IMG/VR virus record: IMGVR_UViG_3300046030_000062
Source: an uncultured virus (IMG/VR IMGVR_UViG_3300046030_000062)
Lineage: Duplodnaviria; Heunggongvirae; Uroviricota; Caudoviricetes
Reading direction: 5' to 3' (one strand)
Length of the DNA stretch: 36,017 bases
How positions within the stretch are numbered: the stretch's first letter is position 1; the number at the start of each line of letters is the position of its first letter. The position numbers and the translations under genes were made by a program. Positions 1 through 9,267 of this stretch are shown here, one piece after another. The notes under the pieces are model-generated. The model made no database searches. It saw only the letters and a program-made list of their open reading frames with translations, and had not been told where the DNA came from.

Positions 1-366
1 GGAGTCGGTATTCTTGACTTCCTTCTCGAGGTTCTTCAGCTCGTTCTCGGTTTCGATGATTTCCCGCTGCCACGCGTCATACTGCTGTTGCGTGACGGTG
101 CCGTTTTTCAGGCCTTCATCCATCTGGTCCTGGACGGATTTGAGCTGGGAGAGCTTATCCTTTGTTTCCGTGATAGCGGTCTGCAGGAGCTTCTGCTTCT
201 GCTCGAGCAGAGTGGTGTTGGTCGGATCGAGCTTCAGGAGCTTATTCACATCCTTCAGCTGTGTCTGGGTGCTTTTGATTTCCTTGTTGACGCCAGACAG
301 AGCCTTCGAGAGGCCGGTCGTATCGCCGCCAATTTCAACAGTTATGCCTTTAATTCTGTCAGCCAT
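1..366 (-). CDS. Tail tape measure protein, N-terminal part (truncated by window)
   Basis: Not in ORF track; manual translation MADRIKGITVEIGGDTTGLSKALSGVNKEIKSTQTQLKDVNKLLKLDP is a typical tape-measure N-terminus; GAGGAGGT RBS at 371-378; follows tail chaperones. Confidence 0.9.
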   Translation of the reverse strand, partial: MADRIKGITVEIGGDTTGLSKALSGVNKEIKSTQTQLKDVNKLLKLDPTNTTLLEQKQKLLQTAITETKDKLSQLKSVQDQMDEGLKNGTVTQQQYDAWQREIIETENELKNLEKEVKNTDS

Positions 367-381
367 ACAGACCTCCTCTCG

Positions 382-546
382 TTAGAATCTGTCCATCATT
401 TCCTGTGTCGCGATTTCCGGGTAATCCCAGTCGTCGTTGCTCATTTCGGCATACATATCGTTGACCGTGCCGATGGTGAGCAGGTCAAGTTCAGAGATAC
501 TCAATCCGATCTGCACACACCGCAGCAAAAAGAGCGGAGTCGTCAT
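382..546 (-). CDS. Tail assembly chaperone, downstream (gpT-like) frame, 54 aa
   Basis: MTTPLFLLRCVQIGLSISELDLLTIGTVNDMYAEMSNDDWDYPEIATQEMMDRF; ATGA overlap with upstream chaperone, in its -1 frame. Confidence 0.8.
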   Translation of the reverse strand: MTTPLFLLRCVQIGLSISELDLLTIGTVNDMYAEMSNDDWDYPEIATQEMMDRF

Positions 547-920
547 TTCCCGCTCTGTCTGGCGATGCTTTTTTTAGAACTGACCTGCTGTTCGGTATTC
601 AGTCCCCACAGCTCGATAATCTGCGGGAGTATCTCGTAAATCGAGAAAGTATTGAATGCGTCGAGCCATTCCTCCGGCGTATCGGGAACAGATGAATCCG
701 CATGCTTTGCCATGAGCCATGCGATGTTCTCGAAAAGCTCCAGAGAGAAGGTGTCGAGATTTGAATTCTCGGCGTTGCTCTCATCGATGCCTTTCTGCAG
801 CTCGTTTAAGTCCCGGTAGATATCCCGGTGAAACTTATTTCTGTAAAGCCGCGGAATAGCGGCGGAGGCACGGAATGTGACCTCCTGACCGTCAATCGTG
901 ATAGTTTTTGTTACTGCCAT
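543..920 (-). CDS. Tail assembly chaperone (gpG-like)
   Basis: Lies between major tail protein and tape measure; A7 slippery run near the 3' end. Confidence 0.85.
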   Translation of the reverse strand: MAVTKTITIDGQEVTFRASAAIPRLYRNKFHRDIYRDLNELQKGIDESNAENSNLDTFSLELFENIAWLMAKHADSSVPDTPEEWLDAFNTFSIYEILPQIIELWGLNTEQQVSSKKSIARQSGK

Positions 921-931
921 ATCTCGTCACC

Positions 932-1528
932 TCACTCAGTAGTAGAGCCGCTCGTTGTCGCGCTCGCGCTCGGCTCGTAGACCTTGTCGTACCAGGCGTT
1001 GTAAACAGCGTCCGTGGTATTCGTGCCGGTCTTGACCTTCACGAGTCCGGAAGGCAGCGGAGAAACAGTCAGCGACAGCGTTTCGGTCTGGACTTCTGTG
1101 GAGTCCTCCTTGGTCTGACCGGAAACAGAAGGTCTTGTCGCAGAGCAGTAATACATGCAGTGGCGGATCTTCCGCTGATCTCCGGAAAACTCGAAAAGCA
1201 GAGCGAAATGCTCCGGCTCGACATCCTTGTTCTCGACAATCACGCCATTCGCGTCCTCAGTCTCATGCATGACGTCCGTGAGGAAACTCTCCGGAATCAG
1301 CGCGAGCTCGAAGTCGCCGGAATATCCGTTATTGTTCGATACCATGTAGTAAACAGAATCATCCGCATAGAACGGATCGTTGTCGCCCTCAGCATCGAGG
1401 GACAGGCTGACCGCTCCTGGCATAGCCACAGGTGTCGCAAATGTCACGGTGCCATCCTCGGCAAGCGTCGCAATGGCGTAGTGGCAGTTCTTCAGGCCGA
1501 ACTTGACCTTGTTCTTTGTGTTAGCCAT
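932..1528 (-). CDS. Major tail protein (phi13-family)
   Basis: NKVKFGLKNCHYA...PFYADD...NNNGYSGDFELA motif; synteny; GGAGG RBS. Confidence 0.92.
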   Translation of the reverse strand: MANTKNKVKFGLKNCHYAIATLAEDGTVTFATPVAMPGAVSLSLDAEGDNDPFYADDSVYYMVSNNNGYSGDFELALIPESFLTDVMHETEDANGVIVENKDVEPEHFALLFEFSGDQRKIRHCMYYCSATRPSVSGQTKEDSTEVQTETLSLTVSPLPSGLVKVKTGTNTTDAVYNAWYDKVYEPSASATTSGSTTE

Positions 1529-1533
1529 AATCG

Positions 1534-1860
1534 TTAACCTCCAATAATCTCAGTTTGATAAAGAACCTCGTACATCTTTTCGTCCTCAATCCAGACCTCG
1601 GACTTCTCATAGGGAAGCTCGTGAGCGGTCAGGATATCCTCGATTTTCGATTCGATGTCAGGGTCCTTCTTGTCTGTGTAAAGCTCGATATTCAGTTCAT
1701 CGATTTTCTGCCAGACCACGTTGTCCGCGAAAACATTGTCGCTTCCCGGAAAGAGGAAGCAGGTGAAGGGCGGATCGGGAGACTCGCCCTCGGCAAAGTG
1801 GTCGTAGGCTGTCGGCAGGCCGGATTCTTCGAGCATGGTTACTATTTCGTCGTAAGTCAT
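1534..1860 (-). CDS. Putative tail terminator / tail completion protein
   Basis: AYDHFAEGESPDPPF...IELYTDKKD; position before major tail protein. Confidence 0.75.
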   Translation of the reverse strand: MTYDEIVTMLEESGLPTAYDHFAEGESPDPPFTCFLFPGSDNVFADNVVWQKIDELNIELYTDKKDPDIESKIEDILTAHELPYEKSEVWIEDEKMYEVLYQTEIIGG

Positions 1861-2237
1861 CCTTTCAGTTTCTCCTCCAATGTCTGCACGAGCTTTTCGT
1901 TTCCGCGTTCCTCAGCAGCGGCGATGTGCGGACGGGCGGCGACTCTGCCTCCGCCTCGCTTGGCATGGCCATGCTCCAGAAGGTGCGCTATCTGATAGCG
2001 GTTCCTCGAATGCACGACAAGGTCGATAGATTCCGCGTCCTCATGCACATTTTTTACGGACCACGACTTCTTGTATTTGCCCGTATCCACGGGAGCGTTG
2101 TCCATGATGTCCTTGCGTACAGATTTCGCTGTATCCTTTACGGCATCCTTGAGGTCGTCCGCCGCAAGTCCGGCGTATTTCGTCAGCTCGTCCATGATGG
2201 CTGAATCCATCTGGTCTATTGATACGGTATTGCTCAT
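1857..2237 (-). CDS. HK97 gp10-family phage protein
   Basis: APVDTGKYKKSW...AHLLEHGHAKRGGGRV.ARPHI motif. Confidence 0.88.
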   Translation of the reverse strand: MSNTVSIDQMDSAIMDELTKYAGLAADDLKDAVKDTAKSVRKDIMDNAPVDTGKYKKSWSVKNVHEDAESIDLVVHSRNRYQIAHLLEHGHAKRGGGRVAARPHIAAAEERGNEKLVQTLEEKLKG

Positions 2238-2566
2238 GAGCTTTTCTCCAGCTTGCAGTTGAATTTGATGCTGTTGCGTTTATAGCCCATCGGATTCACA
2301 TAGGTGATGTTGTAGGTCTTGCCCTCGGCGAGAATCCGGTACTTTGTGGATTCCACAGCCGCAAGCTCTGAGCACCATCGGCAGGTGAAATCGAGAGATT
2401 CCTCCGGGTTTATCACCTCGCCGTTTGACTCCGATCCGCTCTGTGTTCCGATGGTCGCCCAGCATTTGAAGTAGTCCGTCCATGAAGCCGTGTGGTTGCC
2501 GTACTTGTCCGTGGCGACCGTATTCTTCTGAAAGGTCACTGGGACTCTCATTGCCGCGATATTCAT
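2234..2566 (-). CDS. Phage head closure protein (SPP1 gp16-like adaptor)
   Basis: Synteny; DKYGN...W.DYFKCWA...YRIL.EGKTYNI pattern. Confidence 0.85.
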   Translation of the reverse strand: MNIAAMRVPVTFQKNTVATDKYGNHTASWTDYFKCWATIGTQSGSESNGEVINPEESLDFTCRWCSELAAVESTKYRILAEGKTYNITYVNPMGYKRNSIKFNCKLEKSS

Positions 2567-2844
2567 CAGAATCCCTCCTCACGAACGCCGAAGAGCAGCG
2601 CCCTAAGCGTCAGGTTCAGCTGGCTATGATCAGCTTCCTCACGGTGTTCATAGAGATAGGCGATGGTGTAGAGGATCGCTATGCGGATAACCGCAGAGTC
2701 GGCGGTTTCCCAATCCTCATCAGATATCCTTGACACATCCTGCACGAGCTTTGTGGCAGAGCCGATAATGCTTGTGATCAGCTCATCCTCATCGATCGAT
2801 GCGACTCTCAGATATGTTTTTGCTTCATCAAGCGTTACTTCCAT
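2566..2844 (-). CDS. Head-tail connector protein (HK97 gp6-like)
   Basis: VTLDEAKTYLRV...IAYLYEHRE motif directly after capsid. Confidence 0.9.
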   Translation of the reverse strand: MEVTLDEAKTYLRVASIDEDELITSIIGSATKLVQDVSRISDEDWETADSAVIRIAILYTIAYLYEHREEADHSQLNLTLRALLFGVREEGF

Positions 2845-2856
2845 GAGATACCTCCA

Positions 2857-2890
2857 TAAAAGGAACAGCCGCCCTCATAGTGAGAGCGGC
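2857..2890 (-). terminator. Possible intrinsic terminator after the major capsid gene
   Basis: Minus-strand stem GCCGCTCTCA/TGAGGGCGGC followed by TGTTCCTTTT (imperfect U tract). Confidence 0.5.
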
Positions 2891-2912
2891 CATTCGATGA
2901 TTACTGCGTAAA

Positions 2913-4118
2913 TCAGCCAGCAGCCTTGACGGAAAGACCGCGCACAGCCTCCGGCAGGATCAGCTTGCCGTCCACACGCTCGGAAGCGAGGAACCCGATC
3001 TGACCGTTTGCAGCGTAAAGCTCAGAGAGCCTCTTGAAGCTGCGTCCCTGACGGTCGGCAATCCAGTAGTAGGAGAAGTCTCCGAACAGGAGCGGCACGT
3101 TGCCCGCCGCAAGCTCCGGAGCGTAAATGCTCGTCTTGTACGGACGGTTCAGAATCGTATCCGGCTGGCCAGCCACAACAGAGGGCTGCCAGATGTAATT
3201 GTTGTTTCCGTCCTTGATCTTGCGGAGAGCCTTGACGGTGCTGTCGTTCAGAATCCACACAGCGCGGTTCCTGTACACGCTTCTCAGGCTGTGGAATACA
3301 TCCATGATGGAGTCGAAGGTCAGCGTGGTATTGGCAATCTCCGTAGTCGCTCCCTCGGTCGCAGCGACCTTGGTAAAGACGCCTTCCGGCTTCTTCTGAC
3401 CGTCGCCCACAAGGAAAGCCTCCTCCTCGGCAGCGCCGATACGTCTTGCGAACTCCGTGGAGATGTAGGACTCGAGATCGAAAACAGAATCGTTCATCAG
3501 TTCCTCGGATACCTTGATCGCGGTTCCGAGCTTATACGCCGAAAGCGTGATCTGATCGAAGGTGTCGTCAGACTCCGGATACAGCCCGTTTTCCTCCATC
3601 CACGAAGCAGTGCCGTGAGAAGCGACAATCGGGATGGTGTGAGTGCCGGAATCGGTCTGAATCACATGCGCAAGACTTCTGAAGAAGTTCTCATCGGTCA
3701 GAGCCTGAATCAGCTGGTGCTCGTACTCATCCGGTACGAGGTACCCGCCGTTCGCGTCAGTGCCGACTTCGAGTACATTCTGTACGTCGTACCAGTTGCG
3801 CTTGCGGATCGAATCCCAGAAGGCGGTCTTGTACGCCTTGGAAGCAATGCCGGGCTTGTCGTCCGGTTCGTCCTTGGCACCGGGCTTGCCGGTGAGCGGT
3901 GCGGATGTCGGCGCGGAGAGCATCTTGTCGATCTGCTCCTGTCGCTGCAGGCGCTCGATGTCGTGCGTCAGATCGGTGACTTCCTTTTCCATCTTGTCGT
4001 AGGTGGCGGCGTCCTCCGCGGATACGTTGCCGCCGTTATCGGAGTGGGTGTCGAGAAAGTTCTTAGCCGCGTCCCACGCCTTGGCGCGTCTGTCCATGAG
4101 TTCCATAATCTTGGTCAT
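2913..4118 (-). CDS. Major capsid protein (HK97 fold)
   Basis: GGYLVPDEYE, SEELMNDS.FDLE.YI, LFGDFSYY, RVDGK motifs; start moved to ATG 4118 because GGAGGA RBS is at 4126-4131. Confidence 0.96.
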   Translation of the reverse strand: MTKIMELMDRRAKAWDAAKNFLDTHSDNGGNVSAEDAATYDKMEKEVTDLTHDIERLQRQEQIDKMLSAPTSAPLTGKPGAKDEPDDKPGIASKAYKTAFWDSIRKRNWYDVQNVLEVGTDANGGYLVPDEYEHQLIQALTDENFFRSLAHVIQTDSGTHTIPIVASHGTASWMEENGLYPESDDTFDQITLSAYKLGTAIKVSEELMNDSVFDLESYISTEFARRIGAAEEEAFLVGDGQKKPEGVFTKVAATEGATTEIANTTLTFDSIMDVFHSLRSVYRNRAVWILNDSTVKALRKIKDGNNNYIWQPSVVAGQPDTILNRPYKTSIYAPELAAGNVPLLFGDFSYYWIADRQGRSFKRLSELYAANGQIGFLASERVDGKLILPEAVRGLSVKAAG

Positions 4119-4136
4119 AATAATTTCCTCCATTCA

Positions 4137-4880
4137 TTAGTGGCTGAGAAGCGAGAGCCGCTTCTCAAGATCTGCGGCCTTCACAGTCGCTGTTTTCTTT
4201 TCAGGTTTACGTTTCGGTATCAGCTTCGAAAGCAGGGAGTCGGTGACGGCCTTGCGGGAGAAAAGCATCTCGATTTCCGTATCGTCGTCAGGCTCCTTGG
4301 TGTCGTCATCCGGCTCTGTACCGTCCGCAAAGAGAATCTCATCAGCAAATCCCAGCTTCTTGGCTTCCTTGGCGTTCATCCAGGTCTCGGCGTCCATGAG
4401 CTTCGAGATTTTGTTCCGGGACAGGCCGGACTTGATCTCGTAGGCGTTCATGATGGATTCCTTCACCTCGGAGAGCATGTCGATGGCTTTCTGCATTTCC
4501 TCGCTGTCGCCGATAGCGATAGTCGCGGGATTATGCACCATCAGCATCGCAACCGGGCTCATGCACACCTTCGTGCCTGCCATCGCAATGACGCTTGCAG
4601 CAGATGCCGCGAGAGCGTCAATCTTGACGGTCACGTCATAGGGATAGTCCATTAGCATGTTGTAGATCTGGGCAGCCGCGAATACGTCTCCGCCGGGCGA
4701 GTTGATCCAAAGCGTAATGTTGCCTTTGCCGGAGTTCAGCTCATCCTTGAAAACCTGCGGTGTGACTTCATCGCCGTACCAGGTCTCATCGGATATTTCC
4801 CCGTCGAGGTAAAGCGTTCGGTCGCTGCCAAAACTGTCCGGCGCTTCGTTTCGCGCCCACCTCCAGAATTTTCTGGTCAT
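4137..4880 (-). CDS. Prohead maturation protease, ClpP-type
   Basis: INSPGGDVF, AASAAS (catalytic Ser), MVHNP, ETWM motifs. Confidence 0.95.
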   Translation of the reverse strand: MTRKFWRWARNEAPDSFGSDRTLYLDGEISDETWYGDEVTPQVFKDELNSGKGNITLWINSPGGDVFAAAQIYNMLMDYPYDVTVKIDALAASAASVIAMAGTKVCMSPVAMLMVHNPATIAIGDSEEMQKAIDMLSEVKESIMNAYEIKSGLSRNKISKLMDAETWMNAKEAKKLGFADEILFADGTEPDDDTKEPDDDTEIEMLFSRKAVTDSLLSKLIPKRKPEKKTATVKAADLEKRLSLLSH

Positions 4881-6223
4881 AGCGGTTTCCTCCTTTCCCG
4901 GAGATTTGAGGATTGCTCCGGCTCCTGTGATTCTTCTTCCGATTGCTCGGTCGATTCCTGTTCTTCATCAGGCTGCTCCTCCTGCGTTGATGCGGACGCC
5001 GCGAATATTCCGGCATCCTCAAGTTTTGTCATGTTTCCGTTGATAAGGTAAAGGTCGCCGCCGGATTCTTCCGGGATACGGTCGAGGTTCTCAAGCTCGC
5101 GGATATCATTTGCTGACATCCACCCGTTCTGACGGGCGGTGGCGTAGCCGTTCATGCGGCTCTGGTAATCGCCTCGCAGCAGCCCGTCCACATTGAACTT
5201 GAAGAAGTATTCCGCTTTTTCCTCCGGGCGGAGCAGGGCGCGTCTCATCGACTGTTCCCATCTCGATACCCACGGATCAAGCGTGTACTTCACAAATTCC
5301 AGAGACTGCTGCTCGATGTTCGAGAAGCTCGACTTCTCAAGGTCTCCGATCATGTGCGGCGGGATACGGAATATCCTCGCAATCTCATCTATCTGGAACT
5401 TGCGTGTTTCGAGGAACTGCGCCTGTTCCGGGCTGATAGAGATCGGCGTATATTTAAGACCTTCCTCGAGAACGGCCACCTTGTTGGAATTGGCAGAGCC
5501 TCCGAAGGCTGAGTTCCACGATTCCCTGATGCGCTCCGGATCTTTTACCACGCCGGGATGCTCAAGGATTCCTCCGGGAGTCGCGCCGTTGGCAAAGAAC
5601 TTAGCGCCGTATTCCTCGCAGGCAATCGCCATGCCGATAGAGTTCTTGGCCATCGCGATGGGCGAGTAGCCGACCAGGCCATCAAAGCCGAGTCCCGGAA
5701 TATGCAGCACATCGTGCGGCGACAATCTAACAAGAGAGCCTTTCATCGTGTGCGCCTCATCCTGCGAGGTCTGATATTCGTAGTAGAGCTGACCGTTCTC
5801 ATCACGGTCGACCGTCATGCGGTTCGGCATCAGCGGATAGAGTGCCACGACCTCGCCTTTGCCGTTGCGGATGATCTGCGCGTAGGCGTTTCCCCACAGG
5901 AGCAGGTGCGTCATGAGCGTCTCCCGGAAGACGAACGACGTCATCTCCGGATTCGGTTCATCATGCAGAAGCGTATAGAGAGGATGGTCGATGGCTTTTT
6001 CCTTGCTGCCGGTGTCTGTATATCTGTATAAATGCAGCGGCAGGCCCGCAATAGCCTCGGAAAGAATTCGGACGCATGAGTAGACCGCAGTCATCTGCAT
6101 GGCGGAGCGTTCCGTCACCGTCTTGCCGGAGGTCGTGCCTCCGAAGAAGAAGCGATAGCTGCTGCCGGTCGTTGAGTCCTTGGGAGCATCACGCCCTCTG
6201 AACCATCTGTTAAATATGCTCAT
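4877..6223 (-). CDS. Portal protein (HK97 family)
   Basis: LLLWGNAY, GLVGYSPI, EIARIFRIPPHMIG, FSNIEQ motifs; ATG 6223 lies 7 nt from GGAGG. Confidence 0.96.
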   Translation of the reverse strand: MSIFNRWFRGRDAPKDSTTGSSYRFFFGGTTSGKTVTERSAMQMTAVYSCVRILSEAIAGLPLHLYRYTDTGSKEKAIDHPLYTLLHDEPNPEMTSFVFRETLMTHLLLWGNAYAQIIRNGKGEVVALYPLMPNRMTVDRDENGQLYYEYQTSQDEAHTMKGSLVRLSPHDVLHIPGLGFDGLVGYSPIAMAKNSIGMAIACEEYGAKFFANGATPGGILEHPGVVKDPERIRESWNSAFGGSANSNKVAVLEEGLKYTPISISPEQAQFLETRKFQIDEIARIFRIPPHMIGDLEKSSFSNIEQQSLEFVKYTLDPWVSRWEQSMRRALLRPEEKAEYFFKFNVDGLLRGDYQSRMNGYATARQNGWMSANDIRELENLDRIPEESGGDLYLINGNMTKLEDAGIFAASASTQEEQPDEEQESTEQSEEESQEPEQSSNLRERRKPL

Positions 6224-6291
6224 TGCCACACCTCCATTTGATTAAGGGCTTCCTTAATAATCAGGAAGCCCAAGAGTGAAATCAGAATCAT
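6220..6291 (-). CDS. Putative 23-aa hydrophobic peptide MILISLLGFLIIKEALNQMEVWQ
   Basis: GAGG RBS overlapping the terL stop; stop overlaps the portal ATG (ATGA); fills the terL-portal gap. Confidence 0.55.
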   Translation of the reverse strand: MILISLLGFLIIKEALNQMEVWQ

Positions 6292-6301
6292 TTGTTTTTC
6301 C

Positions 6302-7909
6302 TCAGATAAAAAGAATGCCGCGGCTGTCATAGACAGAAGCAGCATTGTCATTCCCGCAGCGGATCGCCCGGTCGAGCGCCATGATGGTCGCAATTGCGCC
6401 GTCGATCTTTTCTGTGGATTTTTCCTTATCGGCTTTGATATTGCCTGCCGGATCGGTGCGGATGTAGATGTTGTCCATCATCCACCGGAGGACCGGATGC
6501 CCGCCGTGGGCGATTTTCTTCTCAAGTACGAGCTTCATCAGCTCTTTTGTCGGCGGGCTCATGTCTTTAAAGCCCTGTCCGATGGGAATGACTGTGAAAC
6601 CCATGCCTTCAAGGTTCTGCACCATCTGAACCGCTCCCCAGCGGTCGAAGGCAATCTCGCGGATATTGAACCGTTCGCCGAGGTTCTCAATAAACTTCTC
6701 GATATATCCGTAGTGGATGACATTTCCCTCGGTCGTTTCGAGGACTCCCTGACGGTTCCACAGGTCATACGGAACATGGTCGCGCCGGACACGAAGGTCG
6801 AGCGTTTCTTCCGGTACCCAGAAGTACGGCAGGATCATGTACTTGTCGTCCTCATCAAGCGGAGGAAAGACAAGCACGAAAGCCGTGATGTCAGTGGTGG
6901 AGGACAGATCCAGACCGCCATAGCAGACGCGGCCTTCCAGCTCATCCTCATTGACAGGGAACGCGCAGGCGTCCCATTTGTCCATCGGCATCCAGCGGAC
7001 GGACTGCTTCACCCATTGGTTGAGTCTCAGCTGCCGGAAGGAGTTCTCCTCGCCGGGATTCTGCTTTGCCGACTCGCAGGCGGCTTTCACCTTGTCGATG
7101 CCGACCGTGATGCCAAGAGAAGGATTCGCTTTCTTCCAGACCTGCGGGTCAGTCCAGTCTTCGGATTCATCCGCGCCGAAGATGACCGGATAGAATGTCG
7201 GATCATGCTTTCGTCCGCTCATGATATCGAGGGCTTTTTCGTGCTGTTCGTAGCAGATGGAATGGGTGTCATTCCCGGCGGTGGTTATCAGGAAGAACAG
7301 CGGCTGCATCCTCGCGTCGCCGGAGCCCTTCGTCATAACATCAAACAGCTTCCGGTTCGGCTGCGTATGCAGCTCATCGAAGATAACGCCGTGGGTATTG
7401 AAGCCGTGCTTGTTCGCGACATCGGCGGAGAGCACCTGATAAAAGCTGTGCGTCGGCAGGTACTCCAGTCGCTTCTGTGATTCCAGAATCTTCACACGCT
7501 TGGAGAGTGCCGGGCAGAACCGCACCATATCGACAGCGACATCAAATACGATCTTGGCCTGATTTCTGTCGGCTGCGCAGCCGTACACCTCGGCGCGTTC
7601 CTCGTTGTCGCCGCAGGTGAGGAGCAGCGCGATGGCGGCGGCAAGCTCTGACTTGCCTTGCTTCTTGGGTATCTCAACATAGGCTGTATTGAACTGCCGG
7701 TAGCCGTTTTCCTTGATCACGCCGAACAGGTCGCGGACGATCTGCTCCTGCCAGTCGATCAGCTCGAACGGCTTACCCGCCCAGGTTCCTTTGGTATGGC
7801 AGAGCTGCTCGATGAAGAGGCAGGCGTAATCGGCGAGATTCTCGTCGTAGTGGGAGCTGGGCTCCATGAACCGCGTCGTCTTATAGTTTTTCAGTTTCCT
7901 TACTGCCAC
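6302..7909 (-). CDS. terL: Terminase large subunit
   Basis: Walker A IPKKQGKS, Walker B VIFDELH, ITTAG, nuclease GGLDLS...KIDG. Confidence 0.97.
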   Translation of the reverse strand: MAVRKLKNYKTTRFMEPSSHYDENLADYACLFIEQLCHTKGTWAGKPFELIDWQEQIVRDLFGVIKENGYRQFNTAYVEIPKKQGKSELAAAIALLLTCGDNEERAEVYGCAADRNQAKIVFDVAVDMVRFCPALSKRVKILESQKRLEYLPTHSFYQVLSADVANKHGFNTHGVIFDELHTQPNRKLFDVMTKGSGDARMQPLFFLITTAGNDTHSICYEQHEKALDIMSGRKHDPTFYPVIFGADESEDWTDPQVWKKANPSLGITVGIDKVKAACESAKQNPGEENSFRQLRLNQWVKQSVRWMPMDKWDACAFPVNEDELEGRVCYGGLDLSSTTDITAFVLVFPPLDEDDKYMILPYFWVPEETLDLRVRRDHVPYDLWNRQGVLETTEGNVIHYGYIEKFIENLGERFNIREIAFDRWGAVQMVQNLEGMGFTVIPIGQGFKDMSPPTKELMKLVLEKKIAHGGHPVLRWMMDNIYIRTDPAGNIKADKEKSTEKIDGAIATIMALDRAIRCGNDNAASVYDSRGILFI

Positions 7910-7931
7910 GGACCAGACCTCCTTTCAGGGC

Positions 7932-7956
7932 AAAATAAAAGACCGCCGAAGCGATC
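7932..7956 (-). terminator. Intrinsic terminator ending the small-gene island, upstream of terL
   Basis: GATCGC-TTCG-GCGGTC hairpin (UUCG loop) followed by TTTTATTTT. Confidence 0.75.
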
Positions 7957-8028
7957 TGTCTATCAGTACGAGAGCAAGAGCCGTTCTCAGGCTCTGCTTT
8001 CGGAATATTCAAATTCAGTGGTGTTTCT

Positions 8029-8256
8029 TTAGTTGTATTTCTTCATGAGGATCGCGTAAGCGAGCTGGCTTATTTCGTCCTCGGGTTCCTTGCCCCAGCC
8101 GCGTTCGTAGCTGAGCGTGACTTCGCCGCCAATTCTGAGCTCCATCTTGGAAATGCGTCCGCCTTCGATTCCGTATTCCTCGGAAGGCTCCTCGTAGTGC
8201 TTTACCCAGTATTTAACGACCGTTCCTTCGATGAGCAGTGATCCTTTTTCCCACAT
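8029..8256 (-). CDS. Conserved hypothetical phage protein (DUF7678-like)
   Basis: YWVKHYEEPSEEYGIEGGRISK motif typical of small genes upstream of terL in this prophage type; GAGGAGG RBS. Confidence 0.75.
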   Translation of the reverse strand: MWEKGSLLIEGTVVKYWVKHYEEPSEEYGIEGGRISKMELRIGGEVTLSYERGWGKEPEDEISQLAYAILMKKYN

Positions 8257-8258
8257 GG

Positions 8259-8735
8259 TTAAGCCTCCTCGATGATGAACTCGATGCCGTTTTTGCGTTC
8301 CGGCTCCTTGCTGCCGAAGCGGTGGTCGTTGGCTCTGGTGACGGTCTTGAGTCCGCTCATTTTGCAGCCGAGGGCGGTAAGTCCGTAGATGCCGTCCATC
8401 AGGCCGGTGCTCTGGTCGGTTACCGTGATCCTGTCGATGTCAGCCTTGCGGAGCGTTTCGACAAAGTCTGCAAGCTCGTAATCCCAGGGAAGGTCCTCGA
8501 CCTCGAATGCGTCTGCGCCGTTCCTTAAGGATCTGTCGTACTGTACCAGCGCCTTGTTCTCGCCGGAGGTGAAAGGGTAAGGGAACTCTTCCTTTTCCCG
8601 CTCGTCAAAGGCTTTCACGCCGTCCCAGTCGTCAGCCTCGATCATCGCGTCGCGCTGTTCCTTCCGGATGGCCTGCGCCTCGTTGTAGGCGATTGCTGTG
8701 GCTCTCATTTCCTCGAAAAATCTGTTCTCTGTCAT
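8259..8735 (-). CDS. Conserved hypothetical phage protein (possibly DUF7698-like)
   Basis: AGGAGG RBS before ATG 8735 (MTENRFFEE); FVETLRKADI..ITVTDQSTGL motif. Confidence 0.7.
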   Translation of the reverse strand: MTENRFFEEMRATAIAYNEAQAIRKEQRDAMIEADDWDGVKAFDEREKEEFPYPFTSGENKALVQYDRSLRNGADAFEVEDLPWDYELADFVETLRKADIDRITVTDQSTGLMDGIYGLTALGCKMSGLKTVTRANDHRFGSKEPERKNGIEFIIEEA

Positions 8736-8766
8736 CGTGCTTTCCTCCTGATTTTCTGTGGTTTTC

Positions 8767-8812
8767 CCTTTCGGTGTGTACATATATCACTCTGTTTGGC
8801 ACATATAGCAAG
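8767..8812 (-). promoter_or_regulatory. Repeated bipartite promoter-like motif, copy A1 (CTTGCTAT-N11-AGAGTGATRTATRTACAYRCCGAAAGG)
   Basis: Near-identical copy at 10038-10083; both lie just upstream of an RBS. Confidence 0.7.
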
Positions 8813-8855
8813 TCAATTCTGCAAGATAAATTGATAACTTTCTGTGTCTTAAAAA

Positions 8856-9041
8856 TCAGGATTCTTCCGTCTCGCCGGTCATGATGAAGTGCCAGTATTC
8901 GCGGCGGTGTTCTTCAATGTAGAGGACCAGCTCGTAATATCCGGAATCGAACGCCAGCCGCTGAACCTCGATGACTGAGAGCATGTTGACCTTGCCGGTA
9001 TCCCGGATGGCCATAATTTGTTCTCTGACTTTCTCATCCAT
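8856..9041 (-). CDS. DUF5049-family protein
   Basis: EQIMAIRDTGKVNML...YYELVLYIEEHR.EY.HFIMTG. Confidence 0.8.
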   Translation of the reverse strand: MDEKVREQIMAIRDTGKVNMLSVIEVQRLAFDSGYYELVLYIEEHRREYWHFIMTGETEES

Positions 9042-9042
9042 A

Positions 9043-9267
9043 TCAGTTACCAGCCTTTCTCACAATGTCCTCGCCGTAGATGACGTTCAGTCCGCCGCCG
9101 TTGTCCCAGTGGACGAGCAGGCTTCCGGTATCATCAATGCCGTAAACAGTGCCTTTCGTGCCGATGGGCGGAGCCTGGATATCATCCATTTTGATAAGCT
9201 CCACGCGGGTGCCGTTCGGGTAAGTCTTGCGAAGCCGTTCAAGCTCCTCTGGTCTGATCAGCCTCAT
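9043..9267 (-). CDS. DUF4314-family protein
   Basis: YPNGTRVELIKMDD.QAPPIGTKGTV..IDD.G...V.WDNG. Confidence 0.85.
   Translation of the reverse strand: MRLIRPEELERLRKTYPNGTRVELIKMDDIQAPPIGTKGTVYGIDDTGSLLVHWDNGGGLNVIYGEDIVRKAGN

Noticed and set aside
4279..4316. Tandem EPDDDT repeat in the ClpP-type protease
   Set aside because: Short imperfect duplication in an acidic linker; no sign of function
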